From a virus (taxonomy: Duplodnaviria; Caudoviricetes), in the IMG/VR virus record IMGVR_UViG_3300015608_002119, positions 32,001 through 96,000 of that record: a stretch of 64,000 nucleotides of DNA. The stretch is one strand, 5' to 3'. The position numbers were made by a program, and so were the translations under genes. Shown here one piece after another: positions 46,359 through 56,428 of this stretch (positions are counted from its first letter, which is position 1; every line of letters starts with the position of its first letter). The notes beneath the pieces are model-generated. The model did no database searches, was not told where the DNA came from, and saw nothing but the letters and a program-made list of their open reading frames with translations.

Positions 46359-47942
46359 ATGTTCAGGATTATCAGGGCAGATAAAGACACATACATCTGC
46401 AACAAGATCATCAGCAGCACACGTCCAACGTTTTCAAGGTCGACCGACGCGAACGTAGGTCAGGCTGCCACGCTCGACCTGTATAAGCTGTACAATGAAA
46501 CCACGGTACCTTCCGGTTCGTCTGGTATAGAGTTAAGCCGAGGTTTGGTACGCTTTGACCTCTCGCCGCTTCGTGCATTGACTGGTTCAATCCTGAACTA
46601 CGCTAGCAGCAGCTTTAAGTGCTATCTCCAGTTGAAGGACGTGTACGGAGGCCAGACGGTTCCCTCTAATTTCACTCTGGCGGTGCATCCGCTAAACAAG
46701 GCATTCTCAGAAGGACGTGGCACAGACGTAATCGGGTACAGAGACCTGGACGCCGTCAACTGGATAACGTCATCGATTGACAATGGAACTGTTACGGCCT
46801 GGACCAGTGGCGGGTGTGGTTATGGTGCTAGCTCGGACGACGTTAATGCCGATTATCTGACCTTCTTCTCCTCCTCTCTTGGTTATGTTCCACTGACCAC
46901 CTCGCAGTCGTTTGCTAGAGGTGATGAAGACTTGTATGTGGACGTAACCACGGCAGTTTCTGCAACGTTGGCCGGATTGATCCCAGACTATGGGTTCAGA
47001 ATTGCATTCTCAGGCTCGCAAGAAACTGATTCTGTTACGCGGTTTGTGAAGAGGTTCAGCACAGCACAATCTCAAAACACCAATCGTCACCCAGCTCTTG
47101 TTGTCAAGTATGACAATTCAGTGTTTGACAATCAAGCCGAGTGTTATTTTGATTATCCAAACAGAATCGGCACATATCACAGCATGTTCGGGCAAGCCAG
47201 TAATTTCGTGTCTGGCGCCTTCCCGGTCACCGGGTCCGGATCGATCATGCTTGAGTTGGCCGCTAGTCAGAGCGCATACGTGCTGGTGACAACTTACAGC
47301 CTCAGTCATTCCGCGTCAATCAGCTATATGTCGGCCAGCTGGGTTTACTTTTCCCAGTCCTTTACCGGTTCACAGCTATTTGTCGGCGGAATTGGCCAGA
47401 CCGGGTCGTATTATGCGGACGTATACCTCCCGAGGCTCACCAGCGGCTTATCTGGGGCCTTGAACAGTTCGGGCGAGGGAATGTTCGTCCCAACGTGGAA
47501 GTCGCCGGAAGGGGCCGTTATATTCGACGTAGGGCCATCTATTACGTTTCGACCCCAAGCCGGTTCCAGGTCGTCGATCCCATCGTCGCGCAACCTTGTC
47601 GTCAACATCACCAACCTTAAGGGCTCATACATCACAACTGAAGCGCCAAGACTTAGGGTTTTGGCGGTGGATTATGACACGACGCTTAACTCTTTCTACA
47701 TGCCATACCAAGCAAAACCACGTATATTCCGTGATGCGTTCTGGCGTCTTGTAGACCCATACACCAAGGACGTGCTAATACCGTTCGACGACAGTGCGAC
47801 GCGTCTATCATCCGATGGTGACGGCATGTATTTTGATATGTGGATGTCGGATGTGCCGATAAACAGGCCATACGAGTTGCAGTTGATGATTGACGGCTGG
47901 CTTGTCGAAAACCATGGGTTTGTATTTAGAGTCGTAACGTAG
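46359..47942 (+). CDS. virion structural (baseplate-associated) protein
   Basis: ADKDTYI, SRGLVRFD, P.LVVKYD, TRLSSDGDGMYF. Rich in SGS/TGS/SAS. Confidence 0.65.
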   Translation: MFRIIRADKDTYICNKIISSTRPTFSRSTDANVGQAATLDLYKLYNETTVPSGSSGIELSRGLVRFDLSPLRALTGSILNYASSSFKCYLQLKDVYGGQTVPSNFTLAVHPLNKAFSEGRGTDVIGYRDLDAVNWITSSIDNGTVTAWTSGGCGYGASSDDVNADYLTFFSSSLGYVPLTTSQSFARGDEDLYVDVTTAVSATLAGLIPDYGFRIAFSGSQETDSVTRFVKRFSTAQSQNTNRHPALVVKYDNSVFDNQAECYFDYPNRIGTYHSMFGQASNFVSGAFPVTGSGSIMLELAASQSAYVLVTTYSLSHSASISYMSASWVYFSQSFTGSQLFVGGIGQTGSYYADVYLPRLTSGLSGALNSSGEGMFVPTWKSPEGAVIFDVGPSITFRPQAGSRSSIPSSRNLVVNITNLKGSYITTEAPRLRVLAVDYDTTLNSFYMPYQAKPRIFRDAFWRLVDPYTKDVLIPFDDSATRLSSDGDGMYFDMWMSDVPINRPYELQLMIDGWLVENHGFVFRVVT

Positions 47943-47954
47943 CGCACATACAAC

Positions 47955-50900
47955 ATGCCAACAACACTGTCACCGAGCGAGCGACTTCTTAGGCTAAGAC
48001 CGGGGACATTCAGCCCGTCGGTGGTGCGTGGGTTGACAAGGCCAGACGGCGGGCTTGCTTCTGTCAATGCTGAAAACGGCCAACTTGTAACCACAACAGC
48101 AATCGGCGAGACCGGGTCTTACCGGTACGATACCGGGTATGGCGTCAAGTCAACACAACAGCTTAACGTTGATTGGTCGGACTTCACCAACCACGTGTTC
48201 TTCAACTCCGCACAGGTGAAGGTAAACGCGGCGTTCAACAAGATCATTGACCGGTACCCATTCGATGGAACATCGAAGGAAACGGAGCTGTTCTTTGATG
48301 GTTTGACCGGTTTTGAGCGCTATGTGTACGACAGTCTACCGAAGAACAAGGGGTACTTGTTCTTCTCTGGGTCTAACACCGGCGATCCTGTGACATACGG
48401 CACGTGGGTTACGGTCAAGGATATAGCCGGTACGTCATTCCCCTTGTTGACAAAGCAGCCGGATGGTGCAAACCGCCTGGATCCGCTGAGCAGCTCTGTG
48501 ACATTTCAGATGCAGCTTTGGTTGCCGTCCGGCTCAAACAGCAACCAGATCGTGTTTCAGAAGATGTCGACCATTGCTGCCGGTGAGCAGCACGGCATTG
48601 GTTGTTTTGTTAGCAGTAGCGCCGTAAGCACTGCCCCGGTCAGCTTCTATGTGGTGTCTGGTTCGGTCAACGTGCTGTCCGTATCGGTCGATGTCAACAA
48701 GGGATCTTGGACACCGGTAGCATTCGTTTGGGACAGGACGACTGGTGAGCTGCGCTCATATGTCAGCGGCGCGTTGTTCTCGTCTAGTAGTAACAAGGCA
48801 ACGCTTGGCAATCTCAACTTTGCTACGGCAAGTATGCTCATCGGCACAGGCAGCAACATATCTGTGCCTCTGTTTACTCCACAGACAACGTTCAGCGGTG
48901 CCATCGACGAGTTTCGCTACTATAAGTCGGTTGTTACGACGGGCAGCATGGTCAGCTACCAGAGCTCGTCGATCTATGCAGACCCGAGCGGGTCCTTGGC
49001 CTTGTACTTCAAGTTCAATGAGCCATCCGGATCATCTACCAACCTAGTGATTGATAGCTCAGGCAACGGCATGCATGGCACACTTAACAGCTATGCCGCC
49101 GACACACTGCTTGTTCGTAATGTCAGCACGGGCTCGCTGCCGATCGGGTCTGACCCGATGGCGTATGAAGATATACGCAAGTGTCCTGTCCTGTTCCCAG
49201 ACCATGTTGACGTACAAGCGTTGCGTACGTCGCTGCTGAGTGATGCATCGAGCTATGACTCAGACAATCCAAATCACATCATCAAGCTGATACCAAAACA
49301 GTTCTTGTTGTATGGGCAACAGCAGAACGCGTTCTCTACGGAGGAAGGGCAGCTGCATGATTTGACGTACGGGTCCGAGCCTGGGTCTGTGGCGCTCGGC
49401 AACACACAAACACTGTTGTCGCTGCTGTATATGTGGGCGTCGTTCTTCGACGAAATGAAGATCTATCTCGATGCGTTCTCAACCCTGAGACATGTTGATT
49501 ACGACAACTACGATACAGTCCCTGACGTATTCCTAAAGGAACTTGCAGACTTCTACGGGCTTGAGTTGCCGCCATTGTTTGTTGGCTCTACGGTTGAGCA
49601 GTTCATAAATGGCAACAACATTACGCCATCGATCGTCAACTCGGAGAACACGCTACAGTACCTACAAAACCAGATATGGCGACGCATCCTGATCAACGCC
49701 AACGACATTCTCAAAAGCAAGGGCACTTTGCACTCCATAAAAGCGCTCTTACGTGCTGTTGGCATTGACGGTGACAACATATTCAGGTTCAAGGAGCACG
49801 GCGGTCCTGTGCAAAGGTCGCTTACTGCGTTACGCGAATCACGCAACGAGGTTGGCGCAATGCTCAACCTCAGTGGCGGCGGCTGTTTTCAGACACCTTC
49901 GTTGTCTGGCAGTCGAGTCGAGCCTGGAGTACCGTTGCCAAGCGGCTCCTTCGTTACGAGCTCTGCAACTGGCCGCAACGCCGGAACAACATATGCGTCA
50001 GACGGCTTGTACACGAGCGGATCATGGACAATTGAAGGGATATGGGTGTTCCCATCGTCAGGCTCGTATGTTGCGTCACAGTCGCTGGTAAGGTTACAAA
50101 GCTCTGGTAGCAGTGGTCATCACATTCTCGCCAACCTGTTTGCTGTATCAGGTTCCGGGCTTTACCTGTATGCGCAGCCAAACAGCTCATCAGTCGTAAC
50201 AGCCCTGACAATGTCACTCACTGGCGCTAATGTGTTTGACGGTCAAGCATGGAATGTTTCTTTTGGTAGAGAACGCGGCGACGACTTCGTCGGCCAGCAC
50301 TCAAGCTCCTACTTTCTCAGGGCTGCGCGTAACAGCTTTGGCGACGTGGTCGAGCAATACGTCACCAGTTCACTATTCAACGACAACTACAACGGCGACA
50401 ACATGCTTCAGCGGGTGGATAGCGACAGCAACGCGTCAGGTTGCTTCGTCGCTGTTGGCTCATCAAGCCTGTCCTTTGCGCTTAACGATAGGTTTGCTGA
50501 TCTTCAGTCCACACAAACACTGCAAGGAAGAGTCGCACAGATACGGTTCTGGTCAAAGGCGCTCACAATCGCGGAATGGAAGGAACATGTTAGAGACTTT
50601 AAGTCGCTTGGAGTAGAGAACCCTCTGAGCAACTTCAACTTCTCAACGAACAGCTCCGGGTCGTTTGAGCGATTGCGGCTTGACATATCCACAGACCAGC
50701 CAGTCACCGCCCCAGACTCCTCTGGGATCATCCGACTGTTCGACTTCTCTCAAAATGCGCTTCATGGGTCTGGTACTGGTTTTCCAGTAACCTCATCTGT
50801 GATTGTGCCGCAGCGATTCTACTACTCGTTTATCTCACCAAAATTCGATGAGTTCACGACAAACAACAAGGTACGCGTGCGCAGCTTCCAAGACCTCGAT

Positions 50901-51404
50901 GCAGTCATCAATGATGAGGCGGCGTATGCCATAGAAGCCCCGGCGTACGAGATAACCCAGGAGCAAACACCACAAGATGATGCTATGTTCAGCATTGACT
51001 TCAGCGCAGTTGACGCTGTCAACCAGGACATGGCTGGGATGTTTGCGTCCCTGAACATACTAAATGACATTCTCGGTGCGCCAAACATGATGTTTTCCGG
51101 TGATTACCCAGACCTTACGAGCCTGCGAAACATATACTTCAACCGACTTGTTAGCAGCCTGAACCTAAGAAACTGCTTCGCGTTCTACAAGTGGTTCAAC
51201 ACTAACATCGGAAAGCTGATAGCCCAACTAATTCCGCGCAAGACTGTCTATAGGGGCACAAACTACGTGATTGAATCACACATGCTCGAACGGCCAAAGG
51301 TCGAATACCATTTCGAAGACATGTACATTGGTAACAGCAACCGTAACGTGCAGAAGCCAAGCATTACCATACAACAACTGACCGGCAAACTCAGAAAGTA
51401 TTAG
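47955..51404 (+). CDS. baseplate wedge gp7-like protein with LamG/ConA-like domains
   Basis: FSGAIDEFRYY and LYFKFNE (LamG); IWRRILIN...ILKSKGTLHSIKALL (gp7/P2 gpI-like); VIESHMLERPK. Confidence 0.75.
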   Translation: MPTTLSPSERLLRLRPGTFSPSVVRGLTRPDGGLASVNAENGQLVTTTAIGETGSYRYDTGYGVKSTQQLNVDWSDFTNHVFFNSAQVKVNAAFNKIIDRYPFDGTSKETELFFDGLTGFERYVYDSLPKNKGYLFFSGSNTGDPVTYGTWVTVKDIAGTSFPLLTKQPDGANRLDPLSSSVTFQMQLWLPSGSNSNQIVFQKMSTIAAGEQHGIGCFVSSSAVSTAPVSFYVVSGSVNVLSVSVDVNKGSWTPVAFVWDRTTGELRSYVSGALFSSSSNKATLGNLNFATASMLIGTGSNISVPLFTPQTTFSGAIDEFRYYKSVVTTGSMVSYQSSSIYADPSGSLALYFKFNEPSGSSTNLVIDSSGNGMHGTLNSYAADTLLVRNVSTGSLPIGSDPMAYEDIRKCPVLFPDHVDVQALRTSLLSDASSYDSDNPNHIIKLIPKQFLLYGQQQNAFSTEEGQLHDLTYGSEPGSVALGNTQTLLSLLYMWASFFDEMKIYLDAFSTLRHVDYDNYDTVPDVFLKELADFYGLELPPLFVGSTVEQFINGNNITPSIVNSENTLQYLQNQIWRRILINANDILKSKGTLHSIKALLRAVGIDGDNIFRFKEHGGPVQRSLTALRESRNEVGAMLNLSGGGCFQTPSLSGSRVEPGVPLPSGSFVTSSATGRNAGTTYASDGLYTSGSWTIEGIWVFPSSGSYVASQSLVRLQSSGSSGHHILANLFAVSGSGLYLYAQPNSSSVVTALTMSLTGANVFDGQAWNVSFGRERGDDFVGQHSSSYFLRAARNSFGDVVEQYVTSSLFNDNYNGDNMLQRVDSDSNASGCFVAVGSSSLSFALNDRFADLQSTQTLQGRVAQIRFWSKALTIAEWKEHVRDFKSLGVENPLSNFNFSTNSSGSFERLRLDISTDQPVTAPDSSGIIRLFDFSQNALHGSGTGFPVTSSVIVPQRFYYSFISPKFDEFTTNNKVRVRSFQDLDAVINDEAAYAIEAPAYEITQEQTPQDDAMFSIDFSAVDAVNQDMAGMFASLNILNDILGAPNMMFSGDYPDLTSLRNIYFNRLVSSLNLRNCFAFYKWFNTNIGKLIAQLIPRKTVYRGTNYVIESHMLERPKVEYHFEDMYIGNSNRNVQKPSITIQQLTGKLRKY

Positions 51405-51415
51405 AAAGCATCACC

Positions 51416-54124
51416 ATGCCGCTATGGATCATTCCGAGTTCCGCGTCGTTTCAACCATTCTTTGATGATGGGGATTCGCATTATGGCGTCGTGTTCAATC
51501 TGGATGTCAGCGCATCCGGGGGCATTGACACAACACCGATCGACAACTTTCGCGAGGGTGTTGGGCTGCGTCGAATGGCCGACGTGCTCAAGTCTAATCA
51601 ACCAAAGACGAGAGTTGGTGGCAGCGGGCAAGGTTTTCCAGTTCATGCAAATAGCACACTGCGGCATGACATAGAGCTCTATGGCTCAATCAACCAGGGT
51701 GTCGGGTTCGTAGAGGCTACCGGCGACACGGCGTTCAATGATCAGATCAAAGGCGTTGACGGTTCAACACCGAGCGGGTCTGTTAGGTCAAGTCGGATTG
51801 TCGACTACATGCATGACAGCACGGAGGTTATTGCGGGCCGTTTAACTGAAACGGCCGTCTACCCGATCTATATGAACAATGGCCCCGGCATGACCGAAGT
51901 GTCGGTCATCGAACCGTTGCCGCTAACCAACAGAACACCATTTGTCGAAAACCCGGCCGCTAACAGAAGGGGAGCGAACGGCGCATACGAACAAGGTGAA
52001 GTAGAGTTCGATCATGGCACACCTGTCATTAGCAGGTTCAAGCAGTTTGATCCAAACACGGTACGGTACAGACCATTCCTAGAATACGGCGCTTCGTTCA
52101 TTCTTGTCACTTCAAGCAACAACAGCAGTGTGATAGGTGTCGTTGAACAGGCACCTTCCGATATTCCGGACCCGTTCCAATATGCCAGACAAGTGCCATG
52201 GTTTGACGAGACACGCGGCAAGTTCCAGCTGCGCACAATATCAACCGGTGCCTTGGCTCTACTGTCGGTAAGCGTTACACCGGCCAGTCATAGCAGTCCA
52301 TTGCCATATTACGCACTTGGATATGACATGGCCGACTCGGAGCTGCAAAGACGGGATGGACGTGCTGCTCCTGCCGGGTGGTCGTTTCCGGGTTCGAGTG
52401 AAGTAGCCAGATACGGCACCGACTCAGTTGCATATGGTGGCCTAAAACAAGAACAGACGAACACGTCACGGCTGCGAGGTCTAACACCATGGGTCCGTAG
52501 CAAGCACAAGTCAAACGTTACCGGGAGCTACCCGTCCATATGGCGCACAGCTAGTGACAACAGAACTGGCAAAAGCCAACTGTCGCTGTTCCGTGACCGC
52601 AGATCGACTAAGTTTGGTGTACAGACAACCGACGTCGTTTATCCGCTAGCAATGACAGCGGAGGCAATCTCTGCAAGTCTTGACGGTCCAACAATTACTG
52701 CGTGCGGTCAAGGAATACAGACCACCGGGTCGATGAACCACACAACGGTTGAAGGTCTTTTGGACCTGTCATATGATACCAACCAGCGACTGTTGCCGTT
52801 CGCTGATATGCAGAACCCGGAGTCGGCCGCTGGGAAAGCCAACAACGTTGAGTTTTTTGCAACTGGCAGCTTGCCACAAAATGCCGGTGAAGGTTTCGCA
52901 CAACCATTATGGAGCAAGACAAAGCTGGTCATTGATCTGAGCCCAGCGACGGTGCATTCGATGAGCCTCGTTAAAAGCAGCAGCGCGGCAAACAGAAGTC
53001 ATCCAATGGCCTACTGGAATCCCGTGCGCAAGCAATATGACGGGATCGGTAGCGGCAACGGCATTGACAGCTATGATGGCACGCTGAGCGGGTTGCAATC
53101 GTTCCTTGGCGAGCAAACATTCGGGTTTGCTGCATCGATGGACAACGGTGGCCTGCCAAGCGGGTTCTCTGCGGGCGTGTTCAATCTTTATGGCCGGGAG
53201 TTTTCGGACGCGGGATTCCCATTCCATCCAAAGTTCATGCCGACATCATCCCAGCTAATCGATGTTGGTCGTCTGATCTCCGAACCGTTCTTACTTGAAA
53301 AGATCGTGTTGGAGATAAGTGGCGGCTTGAGTCTAGGCCCAAACTTCGGCTCATCCAACACAGCAGTTTGGACGTTCTTCCTGCTGAACATACGGCCGTG
53401 CGTGAGCGGTGTGTTATCGCCGTCACAAACGGTCTCATATGTTACAGCTGCGGCAAGCAATTATTCCACTTTCACCAGCACAACAAACCTGGGTACTTCA
53501 GTTCTGGATGTCGTTGATTATATGCAGGTGGCAGTCAGCTCTGCATCTGACACGAGAGGTTATCTGCAAAGAGAATCAGCTCCTATTGCACCATGGGCAG
53601 GTATTGAGACCGGTGCCACAAGAAGCATTCAGTTGTCATTGTCGTCTTCGGTCAAGGCACAGATACCGTATGGTGGATCGGTCGCCACAGTGTTCTCTGG
53701 GTCTACAGTCGACTCAAAATGGTTCATGCCGCATCTCGCGTATGCCGGTAGAAATGGTGGCGTACAACGATCCAATGGGCGAGACTGGATAAACTCGAAT
53801 GAAAATCCGCTGGTTGCCGGAACGGCGTCTTACAGTCTTGGTGTTGGGCCGGGCATATCCGTCGGCATTAACAGCCAATACAACAAGACCAATCCGTATC
53901 TGCTTATGCCAACAGACCGCCTTGTGTTTGGGTTACAGCTGCCGTGGGACATCGACAACATAAACATAACAAACACGTTTGAATTTGCGACAGCCGGTAT
54001 TAACAGGCTGATCCTGTATGGCTCAACAATGCGGTTCAATGAAGACACTGGCCAACTTGAAGAGTCGCACGACGGCACACTGAACCAGTTACTTACTTCA
54101 GAGTCAATACACGAGGTATTCTGA
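51416..54124 (+). CDS. large virion structural protein
   Basis: 902 aa, Ser/Gly/Thr-rich, in the structural operon. Confidence 0.65.
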   Translation: MPLWIIPSSASFQPFFDDGDSHYGVVFNLDVSASGGIDTTPIDNFREGVGLRRMADVLKSNQPKTRVGGSGQGFPVHANSTLRHDIELYGSINQGVGFVEATGDTAFNDQIKGVDGSTPSGSVRSSRIVDYMHDSTEVIAGRLTETAVYPIYMNNGPGMTEVSVIEPLPLTNRTPFVENPAANRRGANGAYEQGEVEFDHGTPVISRFKQFDPNTVRYRPFLEYGASFILVTSSNNSSVIGVVEQAPSDIPDPFQYARQVPWFDETRGKFQLRTISTGALALLSVSVTPASHSSPLPYYALGYDMADSELQRRDGRAAPAGWSFPGSSEVARYGTDSVAYGGLKQEQTNTSRLRGLTPWVRSKHKSNVTGSYPSIWRTASDNRTGKSQLSLFRDRRSTKFGVQTTDVVYPLAMTAEAISASLDGPTITACGQGIQTTGSMNHTTVEGLLDLSYDTNQRLLPFADMQNPESAAGKANNVEFFATGSLPQNAGEGFAQPLWSKTKLVIDLSPATVHSMSLVKSSSAANRSHPMAYWNPVRKQYDGIGSGNGIDSYDGTLSGLQSFLGEQTFGFAASMDNGGLPSGFSAGVFNLYGREFSDAGFPFHPKFMPTSSQLIDVGRLISEPFLLEKIVLEISGGLSLGPNFGSSNTAVWTFFLLNIRPCVSGVLSPSQTVSYVTAAASNYSTFTSTTNLGTSVLDVVDYMQVAVSSASDTRGYLQRESAPIAPWAGIETGATRSIQLSLSSSVKAQIPYGGSVATVFSGSTVDSKWFMPHLAYAGRNGGVQRSNGRDWINSNENPLVAGTASYSLGVGPGISVGINSQYNKTNPYLLMPTDRLVFGLQLPWDIDNINITNTFEFATAGINRLILYGSTMRFNEDTGQLEESHDGTLNQLLTSESIHEVF

Positions 54125-54128
54125 CATC

Positions 54129-55310
54129 ATGCCCAAGTTCGACGTTGAACCAGCCGCATCGTATTACGGCGCATACTCAGATATCATTGTCGTTGGCGAC
54201 AGTAAGCCGACAGTTGGTGTTGCCAGCTGGGACCGTGTAGTTTCAGGATCTTCAGTGTCTGGCTCGAACGCCTGGAGAGTCGAAACACTCTATTCTGAGT
54301 ATGTGTTTGGAAGAGAAAACACGTTTCGACAATCTGGTGAGCCGCGACTGTTGCGACTAGCCAGCGTCAGATCCACATATGTTGACTCGATACCACCAGA
54401 TCCGATAAGGCTTCACACGACCGGCGCATCTAACTGCTCGGGTTCTATGTGTCAAACCAATGGTACCGGCTTGATCGGCAACATCAACACGACACTCTAC
54501 CAGATGATTGTCTTTTCACGCGTTGGCTACGTGACAGAAAGCGCATCAAACCAACGCGTGTCCAACGTCGACTGGGCAACCTCTTTCCCGTTCGAGAAGA
54601 AATACCAAGGAATCACGCAGGACGATTACAAGCTCTGTTTTTTCCGACCAAAGCAGAGCGGGACAGATCAACTTACATGGCTAGCCGGTGCACCCGAACC
54701 GGCTACACCAAACGCATATTATGTGATTTATGTTACGAATGCCACTAGCCAGCCGGACAGCAGTAAGACCTATGAGATATATGCTGAACGTACCGGTAAC
54801 GATGCGTTGGGATTTCTGACAGACGTTGGAACAATGAACAGTGATACCGCGTCAAAGCTGCTAACCAACAAGGCGGTCTTCGGCATTAACCCAAGAGGGA
54901 TATCTAGCACGACCGCAACGCTTGATGGCGATACGTTATCTTTTCTGACCGGGGCTTTGATCGACGGCTGGAAGTATGGTCTGTTGAATGGTATACCAAC
55001 CAACACTTCGGCGGTATACAGGCAAAACCACTACGGACAACCAAGGGACTTGTTAGAGGGCCGATTATACAGCAAGACAACGTCCGACGCTGGGCCATTC
55101 GGTGTCAATGGCGGTATCAGGTTTATATCGGGCAGTGCCTTGTCCGGCGAGAGCAACAACTATCTGACCGCTTCGATCTATGCTACCGGTGATGTCGGCG
55201 TGGCATCTGCTGTCAATCCGTACGGATCCGGCCTGTTTGACAAGGAGTGCCGGTCAACTCAGCCATGGCATGATGACGATCCACGTGTAACAATCAGGCC
55301 AAGCCTGTAA
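54129..55310 (+). CDS. virion structural protein
   Basis: GWKYGL.N.......AVYR..HYGQ.RDLLEGR, in the structural operon. Confidence 0.65.
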   Translation: MPKFDVEPAASYYGAYSDIIVVGDSKPTVGVASWDRVVSGSSVSGSNAWRVETLYSEYVFGRENTFRQSGEPRLLRLASVRSTYVDSIPPDPIRLHTTGASNCSGSMCQTNGTGLIGNINTTLYQMIVFSRVGYVTESASNQRVSNVDWATSFPFEKKYQGITQDDYKLCFFRPKQSGTDQLTWLAGAPEPATPNAYYVIYVTNATSQPDSSKTYEIYAERTGNDALGFLTDVGTMNSDTASKLLTNKAVFGINPRGISSTTATLDGDTLSFLTGALIDGWKYGLLNGIPTNTSAVYRQNHYGQPRDLLEGRLYSKTTSDAGPFGVNGGIRFISGSALSGESNNYLTASIYATGDVGVASAVNPYGSGLFDKECRSTQPWHDDDPRVTIRPSL

Positions 55311-55333
55311 CAGAAAGGCGACAACACACAACC

Positions 55334-56416
55334 ATGGGCCTGTTAGACAACACGAGGATATTTGACACGATCCTGACCGATGAAGGCCGACGACAGCTTG
55401 GGTCTGGCAAGTTCCGGCCAATGTTCTACTCGTTCAGCGATGCCGGAGCTGTATATTCGCCTTCAGATATCAACGCGACTGGTTCGTCACCGGTTGAGGG
55501 TATAGCGACCACACTAACATTTGAGGTTTTTCCGCTGCCGCAAGATCAAGTAGCATACGAGGCGGATGACAGTGGTGGGCTGGTGGCCTTTGGCAACAAC
55601 AACTACTTCACGAGCCCAGCCGGTGAGTCCGTAAGGGTTATATCTGGTAAGCTGGTTTCCGGATGGGAGCTTGGTACGCCTACCGTCCTTTCGGCCTCTG
55701 CGCAGTTCGCTTCAGTGGCAGAAAGTGTCCTGTCCGGTACGGTAGACAACTTCAGAAGGCTTAGCATCCTCAAAAGTCCCGATCTCCTGTACAGCAACCG
55801 TGATGAGTTCAGACTGAGCATCACTGGCGCGATCAACTTTAGGGTGACAAACGACACGGTGTTACCTGGAGGGGTTACAGCCGGTGTGTTGGAGTCTTCG
55901 GAGGATATGTTTTCAGACAGAAGACTTAGCCACGTTGACAACTTCAGCTTCTTGCCGCCGATTAATCGCATCAACCCAGGCGACACTGCCACGTCGACAA
56001 TTGGCAACTATGCCGCTGCGATTAATGGTAACCGCCAAATAATCACACTCGACGACCTACGCACGGAGTTCGCTAACCCGACGATGCGACAGCCTGGGCA
56101 GTCAAACGACATGACAGGGCGATTGCAGCGCGAAACGGTCAGGTTCTCTGAGACCTCAATCACCAACCGGCTCATGGGACAAGTGTTTGAATTGGCCGGT
56201 AATCAGATTACAAAGCTAGATGTAATTGATTACGGCGTGTTTACCATTCGTCGATCTGATCCTCCTTTGTTCCCAGAAGCAATACCAGCGCCACTCAATC
56301 CGGATATTGTTACAGCAACTGGCAGAGTGCAAGTATACTTCGTAGGAAAGGTCTACAGAGACGCCATGAGCGTACAGAAGTTCATTAACGTCGCAACCCT
56401 GGTTTTTCAGGATTGA
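55334..56416 (+). CDS. virion structural protein
   Basis: N-terminal MGLLD..RIFDTILTDEGRRQL..G.F....YSFSD, a motif I associate with large-myovirus baseplate-region proteins. Confidence 0.7.
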   Translation: MGLLDNTRIFDTILTDEGRRQLGSGKFRPMFYSFSDAGAVYSPSDINATGSSPVEGIATTLTFEVFPLPQDQVAYEADDSGGLVAFGNNNYFTSPAGESVRVISGKLVSGWELGTPTVLSASAQFASVAESVLSGTVDNFRRLSILKSPDLLYSNRDEFRLSITGAINFRVTNDTVLPGGVTAGVLESSEDMFSDRRLSHVDNFSFLPPINRINPGDTATSTIGNYAAAINGNRQIITLDDLRTEFANPTMRQPGQSNDMTGRLQRETVRFSETSITNRLMGQVFELAGNQITKLDVIDYGVFTIRRSDPPLFPEAIPAPLNPDIVTATGRVQVYFVGKVYRDAMSVQKFINVATLVFQD

Positions 56417-56428
56417 TACGTATTCCAC

